Shown here piece by piece: positions 10,174 to 19,052 of a stretch of 63,320 nt of DNA (positions within the stretch are counted from its first letter, which is position 1; the number at the start of each line of letters is the position of its first letter). A program made the position numbers and the translations under genes. Source of the DNA: a virus (Duplodnaviria; Caudoviricetes). Location: IMG/VR virus record IMGVR_UViG_3300033153_011833, positions 1-63,320 of that record. One strand, given 5' to 3'. The notes below the pieces were generated by a model. The model saw only the letters and a program-made list of their open reading frames with translations, was not told where the DNA came from and made no database searches.

Positions 10174-10514
10174 AAATAAGCTCTCCGCAAGAATTCGGTC
10201 GCCCGTAAATTCGGAGTTTTGGCAAACATTCGTACTTCCCACGCACCTTCATTTTCTTTTATATTAACAGCATCTGTTATATCGGACAATTCCCCTAACA
10301 TTAAAACACTTCCTTCTTCTATGTCCTCACCAACATAAACAACAGCTTTAGATACTTGCCGAACTCCTTCACTATCCAAAAATTCTTCTGTTACATCATC
10401 CCACCTAACCTTTATTTGCACAGGACTACTAAAAGTTTTTTTTCCAAACTGGTCAATAGAATCCAAAGCCCAATATACAGCATTCTGCCGTCGCATTCTT
10501 GTTATAAGACTCAT
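10170..10514 (-). CDS. Head closure (stopper) protein
   Basis: AVYW..DQFGK..FSSP..IKVRW; neck module position. Confidence 0.7.
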   Translation of the reverse strand: MSLITRMRRQNAVYWALDSIDQFGKKTFSSPVQIKVRWDDVTEEFLDSEGVRQVSKAVVYVGEDIEEGSVLMLGELSDITDAVNIKENEGAWEVRMFAKTPNLRATEFLRRAYL

Positions 10515-10515
10515 A

Positions 10516-10722
10516 TCAAGTCCCCATTAAAATCTTTGCCAGTCCTAATGCTAAACCACCACCAGCAAAACCACTTCCCACACACATGCCAGTCAAAAAC
10601 ATTTTACTCGCTAAAATAGTTTTTCCATGAGGACAGCTTGCTATATGCTCGACCAAAACTTCCTTAACAATTTCCCTTGCTATTTCTTTGCAACTTGCAA
10701 TATCCCCATCAGAAAGTGCCAT
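10516..10722 (-). CDS. Small membrane protein (holin candidate)
   Basis: C-terminal hydrophobic Gly-rich helix; GAGAGGA RBS before 10722. Confidence 0.4.
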   Translation of the reverse strand: MALSDGDIASCKEIAREIVKEVLVEHIASCPHGKTILASKMFLTGMCVGSGFAGGGLALGLAKILMGT

Positions 10723-10747
10723 ATTATTTCCTCTCATTTAACATATT

Positions 10748-11149
10748 TTACAACTCATCTTCTTCTTTCCCTAACCAAGAAAGACTTGGAACGCGCATCC
10801 CTTTCTTTATTCTTCTATTCAATCTCGCCAATCCTCCCTGATAATCCAAAAGCATTGCGTGTTGTCCATAATGGGAGGTAGCTAGTCCCAAATCAACTTT
10901 AGACTGCTTCTTTTCGGATACGGGTCCAGCCTTTTCGCTTTCCGCTCGCATATCTCGAACAGTATAAAAATGAGCAGCTAACCAAGTTTCTATTTCAACA
11001 AGATATGTATCTGTATATTCAGTGGTCAAGTTTGTACAGCACTGGGTAACCAAGGCATTGGCTACAGAAATGAAAGGGTCCAAAAGTGCACCGGAAGCCA
11101 AATCCACTTCTATAATCCCTTCTACCAAATCTGAATTGGTTCGAGCCAT
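10748..11149 (-). CDS. Head-tail adaptor (DUF4054-like)
   Basis: IETWLAAHF, SEKAGPVS and TSHYGQ...LD motifs. Confidence 0.75.
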   Translation of the reverse strand: MARTNSDLVEGIIEVDLASGALLDPFISVANALVTQCCTNLTTEYTDTYLVEIETWLAAHFYTVRDMRAESEKAGPVSEKKQSKVDLGLATSHYGQHAMLLDYQGGLARLNRRIKKGMRVPSLSWLGKEEDEL

Positions 11150-11157
11150 AATATCCT

Positions 11158-11757
11158 CTACAAACTAAAGGTAACATAACCCAATTTATTCATCTTCCAC
11201 CATAACTTTATTGGTGACCAAATAATCCAATTCTTAAAAATACCCGCTGACCAACAAAATCCCTGAACCACGACGGAGCAAATATTCTTTTCGCCATGCT
11301 TCGGTTTTTTAATTGAACGAAACGGATTAAAAAAATTCAAAATCGTTCCTATATTATACCCTTTATTTTCTTTTACCTGTCTATGGGCCCAAGCAAGAGC
11401 ATTCCAATATGATGCGTCTTGTACTTTTATCTCCATAACATCCCAACGGTCTAGGTGCGTCAAAACATCGCGAGCTAATCTTATAACAGTTCCAGACATA
11501 CCTTGTCTCATTGTGCTTGTAAACATCCAACCCAACGCATTTCCATTTTCATCGAACCACGGTTCATCATCATTTTCTTTCCACCAAACTTCAACATGAC
11601 TGTACCGACGTTTGATGATTTGCCTTGCCATTTTGAATTGGAAAATGCATAACAACCCAACAGCATTCACCAATGTGGTATAAACTGAAATACCGTCATC
11701 AATAAATTTACCGTCACCTAATTTTGCCTTATAGAAACCTATACGAAAAATTTTCAT
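11158..11757 (-). CDS. Permuted papain-like (YiiX/YaeF-type NlpC/P60) enzyme, possible lysin
   Basis: YSHVE (His) precedes KGY and ICS (Cys); SP near the C-terminus. Confidence 0.6.
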   Translation of the reverse strand: MKIFRIGFYKAKLGDGKFIDDGISVYTTLVNAVGLLCIFQFKMARQIIKRRYSHVEVWWKENDDEPWFDENGNALGWMFTSTMRQGMSGTVIRLARDVLTHLDRWDVMEIKVQDASYWNALAWAHRQVKENKGYNIGTILNFFNPFRSIKKPKHGEKNICSVVVQGFCWSAGIFKNWIIWSPIKLWWKMNKLGYVTFSL

Positions 11758-12035
11758 TCTTCAGAATTTCCTATTTTTGCTTTAAGCTCTCCAAATTCTA
11801 CACCCAATTCAAATGGAGATTTTTGTTTTTCAAAACCAAACTTCCAACCGGACGGGGTTTTGAATGTAAGGTTCTCAATTTCTTGATGAAATAATCTATT
11901 GTATCCCACCTCAAAAAAGATTCCACTATTCGGGTCTGTTGCCTTTACATGGCTACATACACATCCACAAAAAAGAACAAGACTGGACAAAATCAAAACA
12001 AAACCTACAAACACCATATTATTTAATCTTATCAT
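11754..12035 (-). CDS. Small lipoprotein
   Basis: Hydrophobic signal ending in the lipobox-like LVLFCGC. Confidence 0.55.
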   Translation of the reverse strand: MIRLNNMVFVGFVLILSSLVLFCGCVCSHVKATDPNSGIFFEVGYNRLFHQEIENLTFKTPSGWKFGFEKQKSPFELGVEFGELKAKIGNSEE

Positions 12036-12654
12036 TTTTTCTATCCTCCCAAAATTCTTTTACCCCTATTTTTGGAAACAAATCCAAAGAACTGTCATCT
12101 GTGATGTTTATTATCTCAACGCCTGGAAATTTTGGTTGTAAATCATCAGCCATCTTTTTGAACCCTATCAAAAATTTAGGGTAAATATTTTTATTTGGTT
12201 TATCTAATTTATTTGGATGCCAATTAGCTTTAGAATCTTTGGAAAGATGCATATCAAAACCAAGCAAAAAAATCCGTTTAACACCAAGAAGAAGAGCTAA
12301 ATTGATAGCTACCGCTCCTGTATTTCCATTCCATCCTAAAGCATTATGATGTAATCCCCTTGCCTGTCGTTGCATAACCCAAAGCCACGGAATAGAGGAA
12401 TTCTGTAGTTGGGTAGAATTCGTAAAAACGATTCCCTTATAACGAGCTAATTCCCGTTCAAAAGCCTTAAACCAATTGATATCCCCAAAAACGCAAATCT
12501 TGCAAATCTCTCTACCAAGCTTAAAAGCATCGTTACATCCTATTGTATTTTCGTTTCTAAGAACATCCCAATTAAAGGACTCCAACGAATTCCCACCGCC
12601 TATGATAAATGCATCTTGGCCTTCCCATACCTTTTCCGGAATCCATTTAGGCAT
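12019..12654 (-). CDS. Maf/GT29-like Rossmann-fold transferase (paralog of 59396..60043)
   Basis: FIIGGGNSL, TIGCN and NTGAVAINLALLLGVKRIFLLGFD motifs. Confidence 0.7.
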   Translation of the reverse strand: MPKWIPEKVWEGQDAFIIGGGNSLESFNWDVLRNENTIGCNDAFKLGREICKICVFGDINWFKAFERELARYKGIVFTNSTQLQNSSIPWLWVMQRQARGLHHNALGWNGNTGAVAINLALLLGVKRIFLLGFDMHLSKDSKANWHPNKLDKPNKNIYPKFLIGFKKMADDLQPKFPGVEIINITDDSSLDLFPKIGVKEFWEDRKNDKIK

Positions 12655-12657
12655 TGT

Positions 12658-13125
12658 CTATTCCTCATATACATCCTCTTCTTCGTCTATGTCTTCTTCC
12701 TCTTCTATATCTTCGTTACTCAAATACTGCTCAAGAAATGCCCCTACATCCTTCTCACGAAGTTTCTTCTCATTAAGAACCTCACCGTCTGTATTGTCCA
12801 CCACTGTATGCCATTTTGCCCTTTCAAAAATTGTTACATCCACATCTTTAGCAGTTGGAAAATTAGAGGTAACATCTTTTCCATAAGGAGAAGGAGGTAA
12901 AGGTTTTGTAACAGCCTTTACCGTCCTACTTTCATTTGTTGAGGTCGGTATGGCGGGCTTGGTACCGCTTATAGGCCCCCCAGTCGCCCCTTCTGCCTTA
13001 AAATCTCTCTCAAACTTTGCCTTACCAAAACGAGCAACAAGGTCTATAGAAGTATCTACCAAATCTCCTTTTTTATAAACCACACCACCTTTGTAATGTG
13101 TACCTCTTTTTACTTTGAATAACAT
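12658..13125 (-). CDS. Hypothetical head-associated protein with acidic tail
   Basis: 155 aa right after the capsid gene, with a TTTTGGAAAGGA RBS. Confidence 0.5.
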   Translation of the reverse strand: MLFKVKRGTHYKGGVVYKKGDLVDTSIDLVARFGKAKFERDFKAEGATGGPISGTKPAIPTSTNESRTVKAVTKPLPPSPYGKDVTSNFPTAKDVDVTIFERAKWHTVVDNTDGEVLNEKKLREKDVGAFLEQYLSNEDIEEEEDIDEEEDVYEE

Positions 13126-13170
13126 TTCATATCCTTTCCAAAATTAAATCCAATTAAAGCACCATTTTAA

Positions 13171-14247
13171 TTAGGAGCAAGAAGCATAACAAATACCGCT
13201 CTGGTCATCCATATCACAACGAAGCTGAGGAACAAGAATAGCCATTACTTTGAAATTCTTTTGAAGCCCACCATTGGAATCCCACTCCACAGTCGTTATA
13301 TCCATACCTATAACCTCACGAACAACATCCGATGTCATTTGAACCAAAACAATATCGTAATCGCTCAAATAGTCCAAAGTTCTAACATCAATAATGGAAC
13401 TAACTTCTTTTACTCGATTACGAAGTGTCTTATCTGAAGCAGCCTTAAAATCATCGTCTAGGTATTGGTCCCAAGAAGGAGCACAATATAACATATAGGG
13501 TCCATAATGGTGAGCATTATACAAAGCCACTATCATCGAAAGAATTTCACCCAAGAAAGTTTCCCCTGTCCAACCACTATTAGTTGGGCAAGTCAATGTT
13601 TCTGACGTTATAGCACACGGCAAATCAGTATAACCATATATGACACTGGCACTACCGCCGTACTTGAACTGATCGGCTTCTGTACTGACGCCCAACAACA
13701 ATTTCTCTGCTTCTTCTGCCACTCTTCGTGCTGCAAGCTCTGCCATAGTGGTGTCTAAAGGTGACCCGCCATTACGACTTGCCATTAGTTGACGAGCACT
13801 GAATTGGAAATCTTTGTGGATAATAGGCAGGGGCAAATTACCAAGCTCAAACACCGGCCTATCATTTGCATTCCTTCGCAGTCCGTCCATACTTACACTG
13901 GCCGGACCAATATCACTTACTGTTTCCGTTTCTAATACTGTCTTGCCCATTCCGTTTGGGATATTAAAGGTAAGACCAGCCGCTCGCAAATCACCAACAG
14001 CTTTCAAACGAGGCTTGGCAACTTTGACTATTGCATCATCCAATATCTTCCAATCGTCCTTACGCAATGTAGCAGTCGTATTTTGCACAGGAACCGCTTT
14101 TAGTGAACCGCCTCGATTCACGGTGATATACGACCTATTATCCTCACCAATGTAAGGGCGTAAAGCACGAGCATCAAAATTACATTGAAGTAGCTTTGAC
14201 GCTACATCCCCTGATGCTCTTCCATTCAAAATAAAATCCATTTTCAT
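13171..14247 (-). CDS. Major capsid protein (HK97 fold, encapsulin/linocin-like)
   Basis: LRKDDWKILDDAIV, LPLPIIHKDF..SAR.L.ASRNG..PLD and FKVMAILVP motifs; follows scaffold and decoration genes. Confidence 0.88.
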   Translation of the reverse strand: MKMDFILNGRASGDVASKLLQCNFDARALRPYIGEDNRSYITVNRGGSLKAVPVQNTTATLRKDDWKILDDAIVKVAKPRLKAVGDLRAAGLTFNIPNGMGKTVLETETVSDIGPASVSMDGLRRNANDRPVFELGNLPLPIIHKDFQFSARQLMASRNGGSPLDTTMAELAARRVAEEAEKLLLGVSTEADQFKYGGSASVIYGYTDLPCAITSETLTCPTNSGWTGETFLGEILSMIVALYNAHHYGPYMLYCAPSWDQYLDDDFKAASDKTLRNRVKEVSSIIDVRTLDYLSDYDIVLVQMTSDVVREVIGMDITTVEWDSNGGLQKNFKVMAILVPQLRCDMDDQSGICYASCS

Positions 14248-14297
14248 ATCCTTTCATTAAACCTATTTCAACTAATTTACACCCACTTCCCGTAATC

Positions 14298-14753
14298 TTA
14301 AACAATACGGATATCAACTAAAGCATTACCCGCACCACTCGCCAAATCTTTCGCCTCTTCAGCAACTCCAATAACATGCAATACTTCACTGGGGCTGTCT
14401 ATGTCATCCACAGACCTAATACAACCATTTCCAGCACTGCATACCTTTTCGCCAACAGTAAGAACTTCGTCCTCCGCAAGAAGCATTCGAACCACAGTAC
14501 CTCTTTGGGGAATAATAACGCTAACAATACTCTCATCAGCATACACAGTATCTACCGTATTTCCTTGCAAAGCATCTTCCTCGGCGATTAGCACTTCATC
14601 CCCCAAAGCACCTCCTTTATCATCATGCCTCCCCACTTCCCCATTGGCGTCCATCTTAAGGAGCATTCCTGGGTAAATGCCCGCTTCGTTCGCTACCATT
14701 TCTTCATGTGCGAAATCACCTTTCCTATGAATCCTATTTGGATATGTTGCCAT
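14298..14753 (-). CDS. Head decoration/cement protein
   Basis: 151 aa between scaffold and capsid genes; GIYPGMLL, IGVAEEA. Confidence 0.7.
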   Translation of the reverse strand: MATYPNRIHRKGDFAHEEMVANEAGIYPGMLLKMDANGEVGRHDDKGGALGDEVLIAEEDALQGNTVDTVYADESIVSVIIPQRGTVVRMLLAEDEVLTVGEKVCSAGNGCIRSVDDIDSPSEVLHVIGVAEEAKDLASGAGNALVDIRIV

Positions 14754-14815
14754 TTTTTATTCCTTTCATTAAACCTTATTTTAATCAAATTCAATTATAA
14801 ATTAACCCTTTTTCA

Positions 14816-16474
14816 TTAGCCCGTAAAATTCAATGTAGGAAGGTCCAACGGCTTCTCCGTCACATCGCCACAAATCGGGTCCCCTTGTCCCCCATAGTTG
14901 AGGGTTTCTATCCCATTCTCCCGCTCATCTGTGTTTACAGCAAGCGAAGCAATCGATTTTAACTCGTCTAACTTCTTGGAAGCCAGCTGTTCCTTAGTAA
15001 AAGTATTCTTCTCATTTGATACAATAACATCAATCAATCTATTTTTGGTTGCATTATGAGAAGCTAATCCGCTTCGGAATACGTCTTTTAGTTCGTCTGG
15101 AACTTTTTTACTGATATAATCCTCTGCCGACATGTTCTCCACAACCTCTTCCTTCTCTTCTTTTTCCTCCTTTGAGGGGACCACTGTCTCTTCTGTGCCT
15201 TTCTCGACAATCTCTTGAACTGCCGTTTTGCCCCCTTCGCCATCCTTATCATCTTCTTCATTTTCCACTGGAATGAATTTATCAAGGACATCCTCATCAA
15301 ATTCCATCAAGGCTTCCTTATCATCCTCAGTCCATTTTGTACTCTTATTCGCAATAAGAGCATCTACAACCTTTTCTTTTTCCATTTGCTTTAACCTTTC
15401 TAACTTAACCGGAATATAATTGGTATCCTTTACAACAACAACAGGAATTCCCTTAAGTACAAGAGAACCATTTACATCATCATAATTTTGTCGATATAAT
15501 TTACCCCCTCTTTCATAAACAAAATAGTCATCAAACACTTCTTCAATATAAACATAATCATCATCCTCAAACTTCTCATTCACAATAGATTGAAGTCTCC
15601 GTCGGGTATCATCAAAACTTATTTCATTGGAAACAACGGAGTTAAGATAACGGAGAAATTTCCCCGTAAATCTTTTATTATTGTTCAAAATATATTTTCG
15701 TGCTTTCTCGGTTACCTCATTCACCTCTAAAGTAAGACCACTTTTAACCTCGTTCAAACGCAAAAAACCAGCCCCATCTTCAATACTACAAGCCCCTACC
15801 AAGTCGGGCAAAAGAGCAAGGTGATCTGGTCTATAATTTCTTGCAATGGCAATATAATGTTCGCCATTCCATTCTCCCTCTACACCTTCATTATCAGTAA
15901 ACAGCCCTGTTGATAACTCCATCATTTCATTGTTTTCAACCGCATCAGCAATTCTCTTATCCACCTTATTTATTCTGTCAATATCAAGCCAAGCTTCTGC
16001 TTTTAATTTACCATCCTCAAAAGTGGTATTCATTATGATTCCCACTTTTCTATTGGTCAAAATATCAGGGTCACAAGCACTAATTCCCTTTCCATTTGCC
16101 TGTGGATGATAAACAACAATAGGTTTGGTATTCCATACGGCTGGAGTTTTTGAAAGCTCTTCGGCAGGATAATAAAGGGGGCCATTACTTCCTTCATGAA
16201 CACCCTCTACTATCATAATCATAGGGGCTACCAAATAATCTTTCCCTTCCATAGTGTCATTTCTAGTTACTCCTGTAAAATTAGTGGTAATCTTTTGCAA
16301 TACCATTTTATTTCTCCCTATATTCGCACCGTTGTGTTCTTGGTACCCAGATGCTTTAATAGCAACCCCTTGTTTTTCTGCCTTCGCTTTTGCCCCTCTG
16401 CCTGTGTAGCATTTACCACTTTTACCCCATCTCCATCCTAATTTACCATCTTTTACACATCTTTGAACCGGCAT
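14816..16474 (-). CDS. Prohead protease/scaffold (DUF2213-like) with acidic C-terminal scaffold; likely second in-frame start at 16306
   Basis: EGVHEGS, WN..PIVVYHP, ELSTG and PDHLALLPD..GACS motifs; GGGAGA RBS before 16306. Confidence 0.8.
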   Translation of the reverse strand: MPVQRCVKDGKLGWRWGKSGKCYTGRGAKAKAEKQGVAIKASGYQEHNGANIGRNKMVLQKITTNFTGVTRNDTMEGKDYLVAPMIMIVEGVHEGSNGPLYYPAEELSKTPAVWNTKPIVVYHPQANGKGISACDPDILTNRKVGIIMNTTFEDGKLKAEAWLDIDRINKVDKRIADAVENNEMMELSTGLFTDNEGVEGEWNGEHYIAIARNYRPDHLALLPDLVGACSIEDGAGFLRLNEVKSGLTLEVNEVTEKARKYILNNNKRFTGKFLRYLNSVVSNEISFDDTRRRLQSIVNEKFEDDDYVYIEEVFDDYFVYERGGKLYRQNYDDVNGSLVLKGIPVVVVKDTNYIPVKLERLKQMEKEKVVDALIANKSTKWTEDDKEALMEFDEDVLDKFIPVENEEDDKDGEGGKTAVQEIVEKGTEETVVPSKEEKEEKEEVVENMSAEDYISKKVPDELKDVFRSGLASHNATKNRLIDVIVSNEKNTFTKEQLASKKLDELKSIASLAVNTDERENGIETLNYGGQGDPICGDVTEKPLDLPTLNFTG

Positions 16475-16857
16475 TTCTTTTTTCCTTTTCACAGATAATA
16501 TACGTGATAATTTTCAAAAACCAAAAAATTTTTTCAGATACGAATTAAAAGGAAGTAAAAAGAGTGTAAAAATGAATTTATATTGAAGTGAAGATAAAGT
16601 ATGAGGAAATAAAGGGTTACCTATTTTGAATATATGTAAAACAAGAGAAAAAAGAAATGAAAAAAAATTTGAATATAAATAAAAGGCCGGTGTTTTTGAA
16701 CGTCCGACCACCACCGGCTGGGTCGGTTTTTGGAGCACACCATGTGTAATGTCAAATAAATAAAACCGGCGAATAAGAACGCTGCAGGCGTTTTTCAGAG
16801 ACTACTCCAGCTTCCGATAGCTCATACATATTACTCTCAAAAGTATTCACCATGGTC

Positions 16858-17040
16858 TTACCGCCGGTTTTTATAAGTCTTTTTATTTTTCAAGTTTATA
16901 ACACCATCACAATGTAATCGCCAATGTAATGCACACACCCCACGTTGACGCCTGCTTTTGCTTGCAGAATAAACAAGGGAAGACACGGCTTCGCAATTTC
17001 TTACTTCACAGCATTCATCCGGCTTTCCCATTTTATTCAT
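16858..17040 (-). CDS. Small Cys/His-rich hypothetical protein
   Basis: CCEVRNC...VCALH; ACAGGA RBS. Confidence 0.45.
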   Translation of the reverse strand: MNKMGKPDECCEVRNCEAVSSLVYSASKSRRQRGVCALHWRLHCDGVINLKNKKTYKNRR

Positions 17041-17165
17041 TCCTGTATAATTCTTTATCAGTTCCTTTGGTCCCCAAATTTATTTTTCAATAAACATGAC
17101 CCCGACCTATCACTGAGGTCATGTAGGAGGAGAGTGATGAAAAATAAATTATGCAACAAACTTAT

Positions 17166-17660
17166 TTATTCCTGCATACTGTTGCTATCAACAACAGGCA
17201 GGCTTGCTATATACTTATCCCAAACCTTTTCATTTTCAGTAACGGAAATATCTATTTCATACATATCGCATAATATTTTTATCCGTTTTATTCTATCCTC
17301 CAACAGTTTGATTTTTAACCGATAATTCCGTATGGTTGATAAAGTCTTATCTTCTGCTCTTTCCCTACGTGTCCTACCTTCAGATACGGGCATAACATAA
17401 GGACGTCCAAAAACATCATATTTCATTTGTAATTGAGTAGATGCCCGTCGTCCTGTTATGTTCCCTTTTTTTGAAACTTCTTCTTCCCCCGAACCGGGTT
17501 CTACAATTCTGCTTGTAGCTATCTGTCTTCTTGCTAATTCATTTTCTAGCTTCAATCGAGCCAAAGCCTCCTGATACATATTTTTAGAAGGAAGACCGGC
17601 CCACAAAACAGAGGCAACCAAAATAACGGCAACAATACTCATCCCAAAAATCTTTTTCAT
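17166..17660 (-). CDS. Exported or membrane-anchored hypothetical protein
   Basis: Signal peptide MKKIFGMSIVAVILVASVLWA; GAAAGGA RBS; upstream repeated promoter-like motif. Confidence 0.6.
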   Translation of the reverse strand: MKKIFGMSIVAVILVASVLWAGLPSKNMYQEALARLKLENELARRQIATSRIVEPGSGEEEVSKKGNITGRRASTQLQMKYDVFGRPYVMPVSEGRTRRERAEDKTLSTIRNYRLKIKLLEDRIKRIKILCDMYEIDISVTENEKVWDKYIASLPVVDSNSMQE

Positions 17661-17811
17661 TTTTACTTCCTTTCATTTATAATGTGGCAGAGGAATTTAG
17701 GAGTATATTTCCATTTATCCCTCTGCCACCAGCACCATGTCATTTCAAAACCCCTACATTATATTATTGTCGTTTTAGGCAGAAATCTGCTCATAAAATA
17801 TTATTTTTCTT

Positions 17812-18750
17812 CTACAATTTAGATTTGGGCTTAGACCTAGGTTTCCTACTCACAGCTTTGGCCTTTTTACTCCATAATTGTCCTTTCTTCTTTTCTCCCA
17901 CATTTGCGGGTATCCATGTACATCTACAATTTGGATGAAGGGGAATCATTCCCCGTGCTTCCTCTATGGTCATAACAGAACCTTCCAAATCGGAACACTG
18001 TTCACAAACTCTTTCATCACCTGCTGTACTCCATTCTGCCATCACCCCTACTTCCTTTACCCCCAAAACCTCATAGGAATCTAACTGCCCTTCTGCATGA
18101 GCCCTTATTATCTCCGTCCTTGCTATTACATTAGCTCTTGTTTTATTTATTTTGGTAACTGTTTTTCTCAACTCATAGGCAATCTTTTTCGGCCCTCTTC
18201 CGTGTGCTAGTCCATCAGCCAAAACCCTACTCATTTGCTGACCCATAGCAGCCGTTACGCCTTTCAATTCATCAAAAGCCCTTTCATATAACAACTCTAT
18301 TTTGTGCAAGGCTTCCGGCTGACCAAATGCAGTCCTGATAAATTCCGCCTGTCCCCCCTCAAAAAGAGAAGGGTGATTAGCCAATTCTGCCGCTCTCAAA
18401 TCCGTATAAGCCCTTAACATTCCTTTTTTATAAGCAGATTCAATGTAGGGAGCAGTCCACGGTTTCCCGGCTACACCCCCTACAGGGGACAAAATACCTG
18501 CATCAACTTGTTGTTGCAACCATGCTCGAAATGCTTTTACCTTTTTGGCATCTGTCCTAAATCGCCACGCCTGTCTAGCTTGCAATATGGCAGGACCTTC
18601 CAAACCAAACACATCATCATCTACGACAAGAACCTGAATAGCTTTGCTCAGCTTCTTAAATCGTCTGGTCATATCTGCCATAAACTTCTTACGAAGCATG
18701 GTTGTACGAGTTGGGTCTCTTCTCAATATATTAGTCATCATATTCACCAT
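17812..18750 (-). CDS. Head morphogenesis protein (SPP1 gp7/Mu gpF family)
   Basis: RANVIARTE, WSTAGDERVC..C and PLHPNCRC motifs. Confidence 0.92.
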   Translation of the reverse strand: MVNMMTNILRRDPTRTTMLRKKFMADMTRRFKKLSKAIQVLVVDDDVFGLEGPAILQARQAWRFRTDAKKVKAFRAWLQQQVDAGILSPVGGVAGKPWTAPYIESAYKKGMLRAYTDLRAAELANHPSLFEGGQAEFIRTAFGQPEALHKIELLYERAFDELKGVTAAMGQQMSRVLADGLAHGRGPKKIAYELRKTVTKINKTRANVIARTEIIRAHAEGQLDSYEVLGVKEVGVMAEWSTAGDERVCEQCSDLEGSVMTIEEARGMIPLHPNCRCTWIPANVGEKKKGQLWSKKAKAVSRKPRSKPKSKL

Positions 18751-19052
18751 TTATCTATAGGACAATGAGCAGTTATCCACATCTTTTTAATTTTCATACA
18801 ACAACCACATTTGGTACATCTCGGTCCTAATAAATGACTAAAACAACTCCGACACGATACCTTTTCAGGAAGTTTACGAACATCACTGTAAAATTCACAT
18901 TTTTCACATATAGATATCACTTTTTCCTGCTCTTCTGCCGTTCTCGTCTTAAAGCCCATCCTTGCCCATCTCGCCGTTTCAGACGCAAGGCTTATCAACA
19001 TCATTGCCCGTCTTTTTAATGATTTAGGAACAACCTGTTTATTCTTCTTCAT
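18744..19052 (-). CDS. Cys-rich zinc-binding protein
   Basis: ICEKC, RCTKCGC..K and CPIDKW motifs. Confidence 0.6.
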   Translation of the reverse strand: MKKNKQVVPKSLKRRAMMLISLASETARWARMGFKTRTAEEQEKVISICEKCEFYSDVRKLPEKVSCRSCFSHLLGPRCTKCGCCMKIKKMWITAHCPIDKW

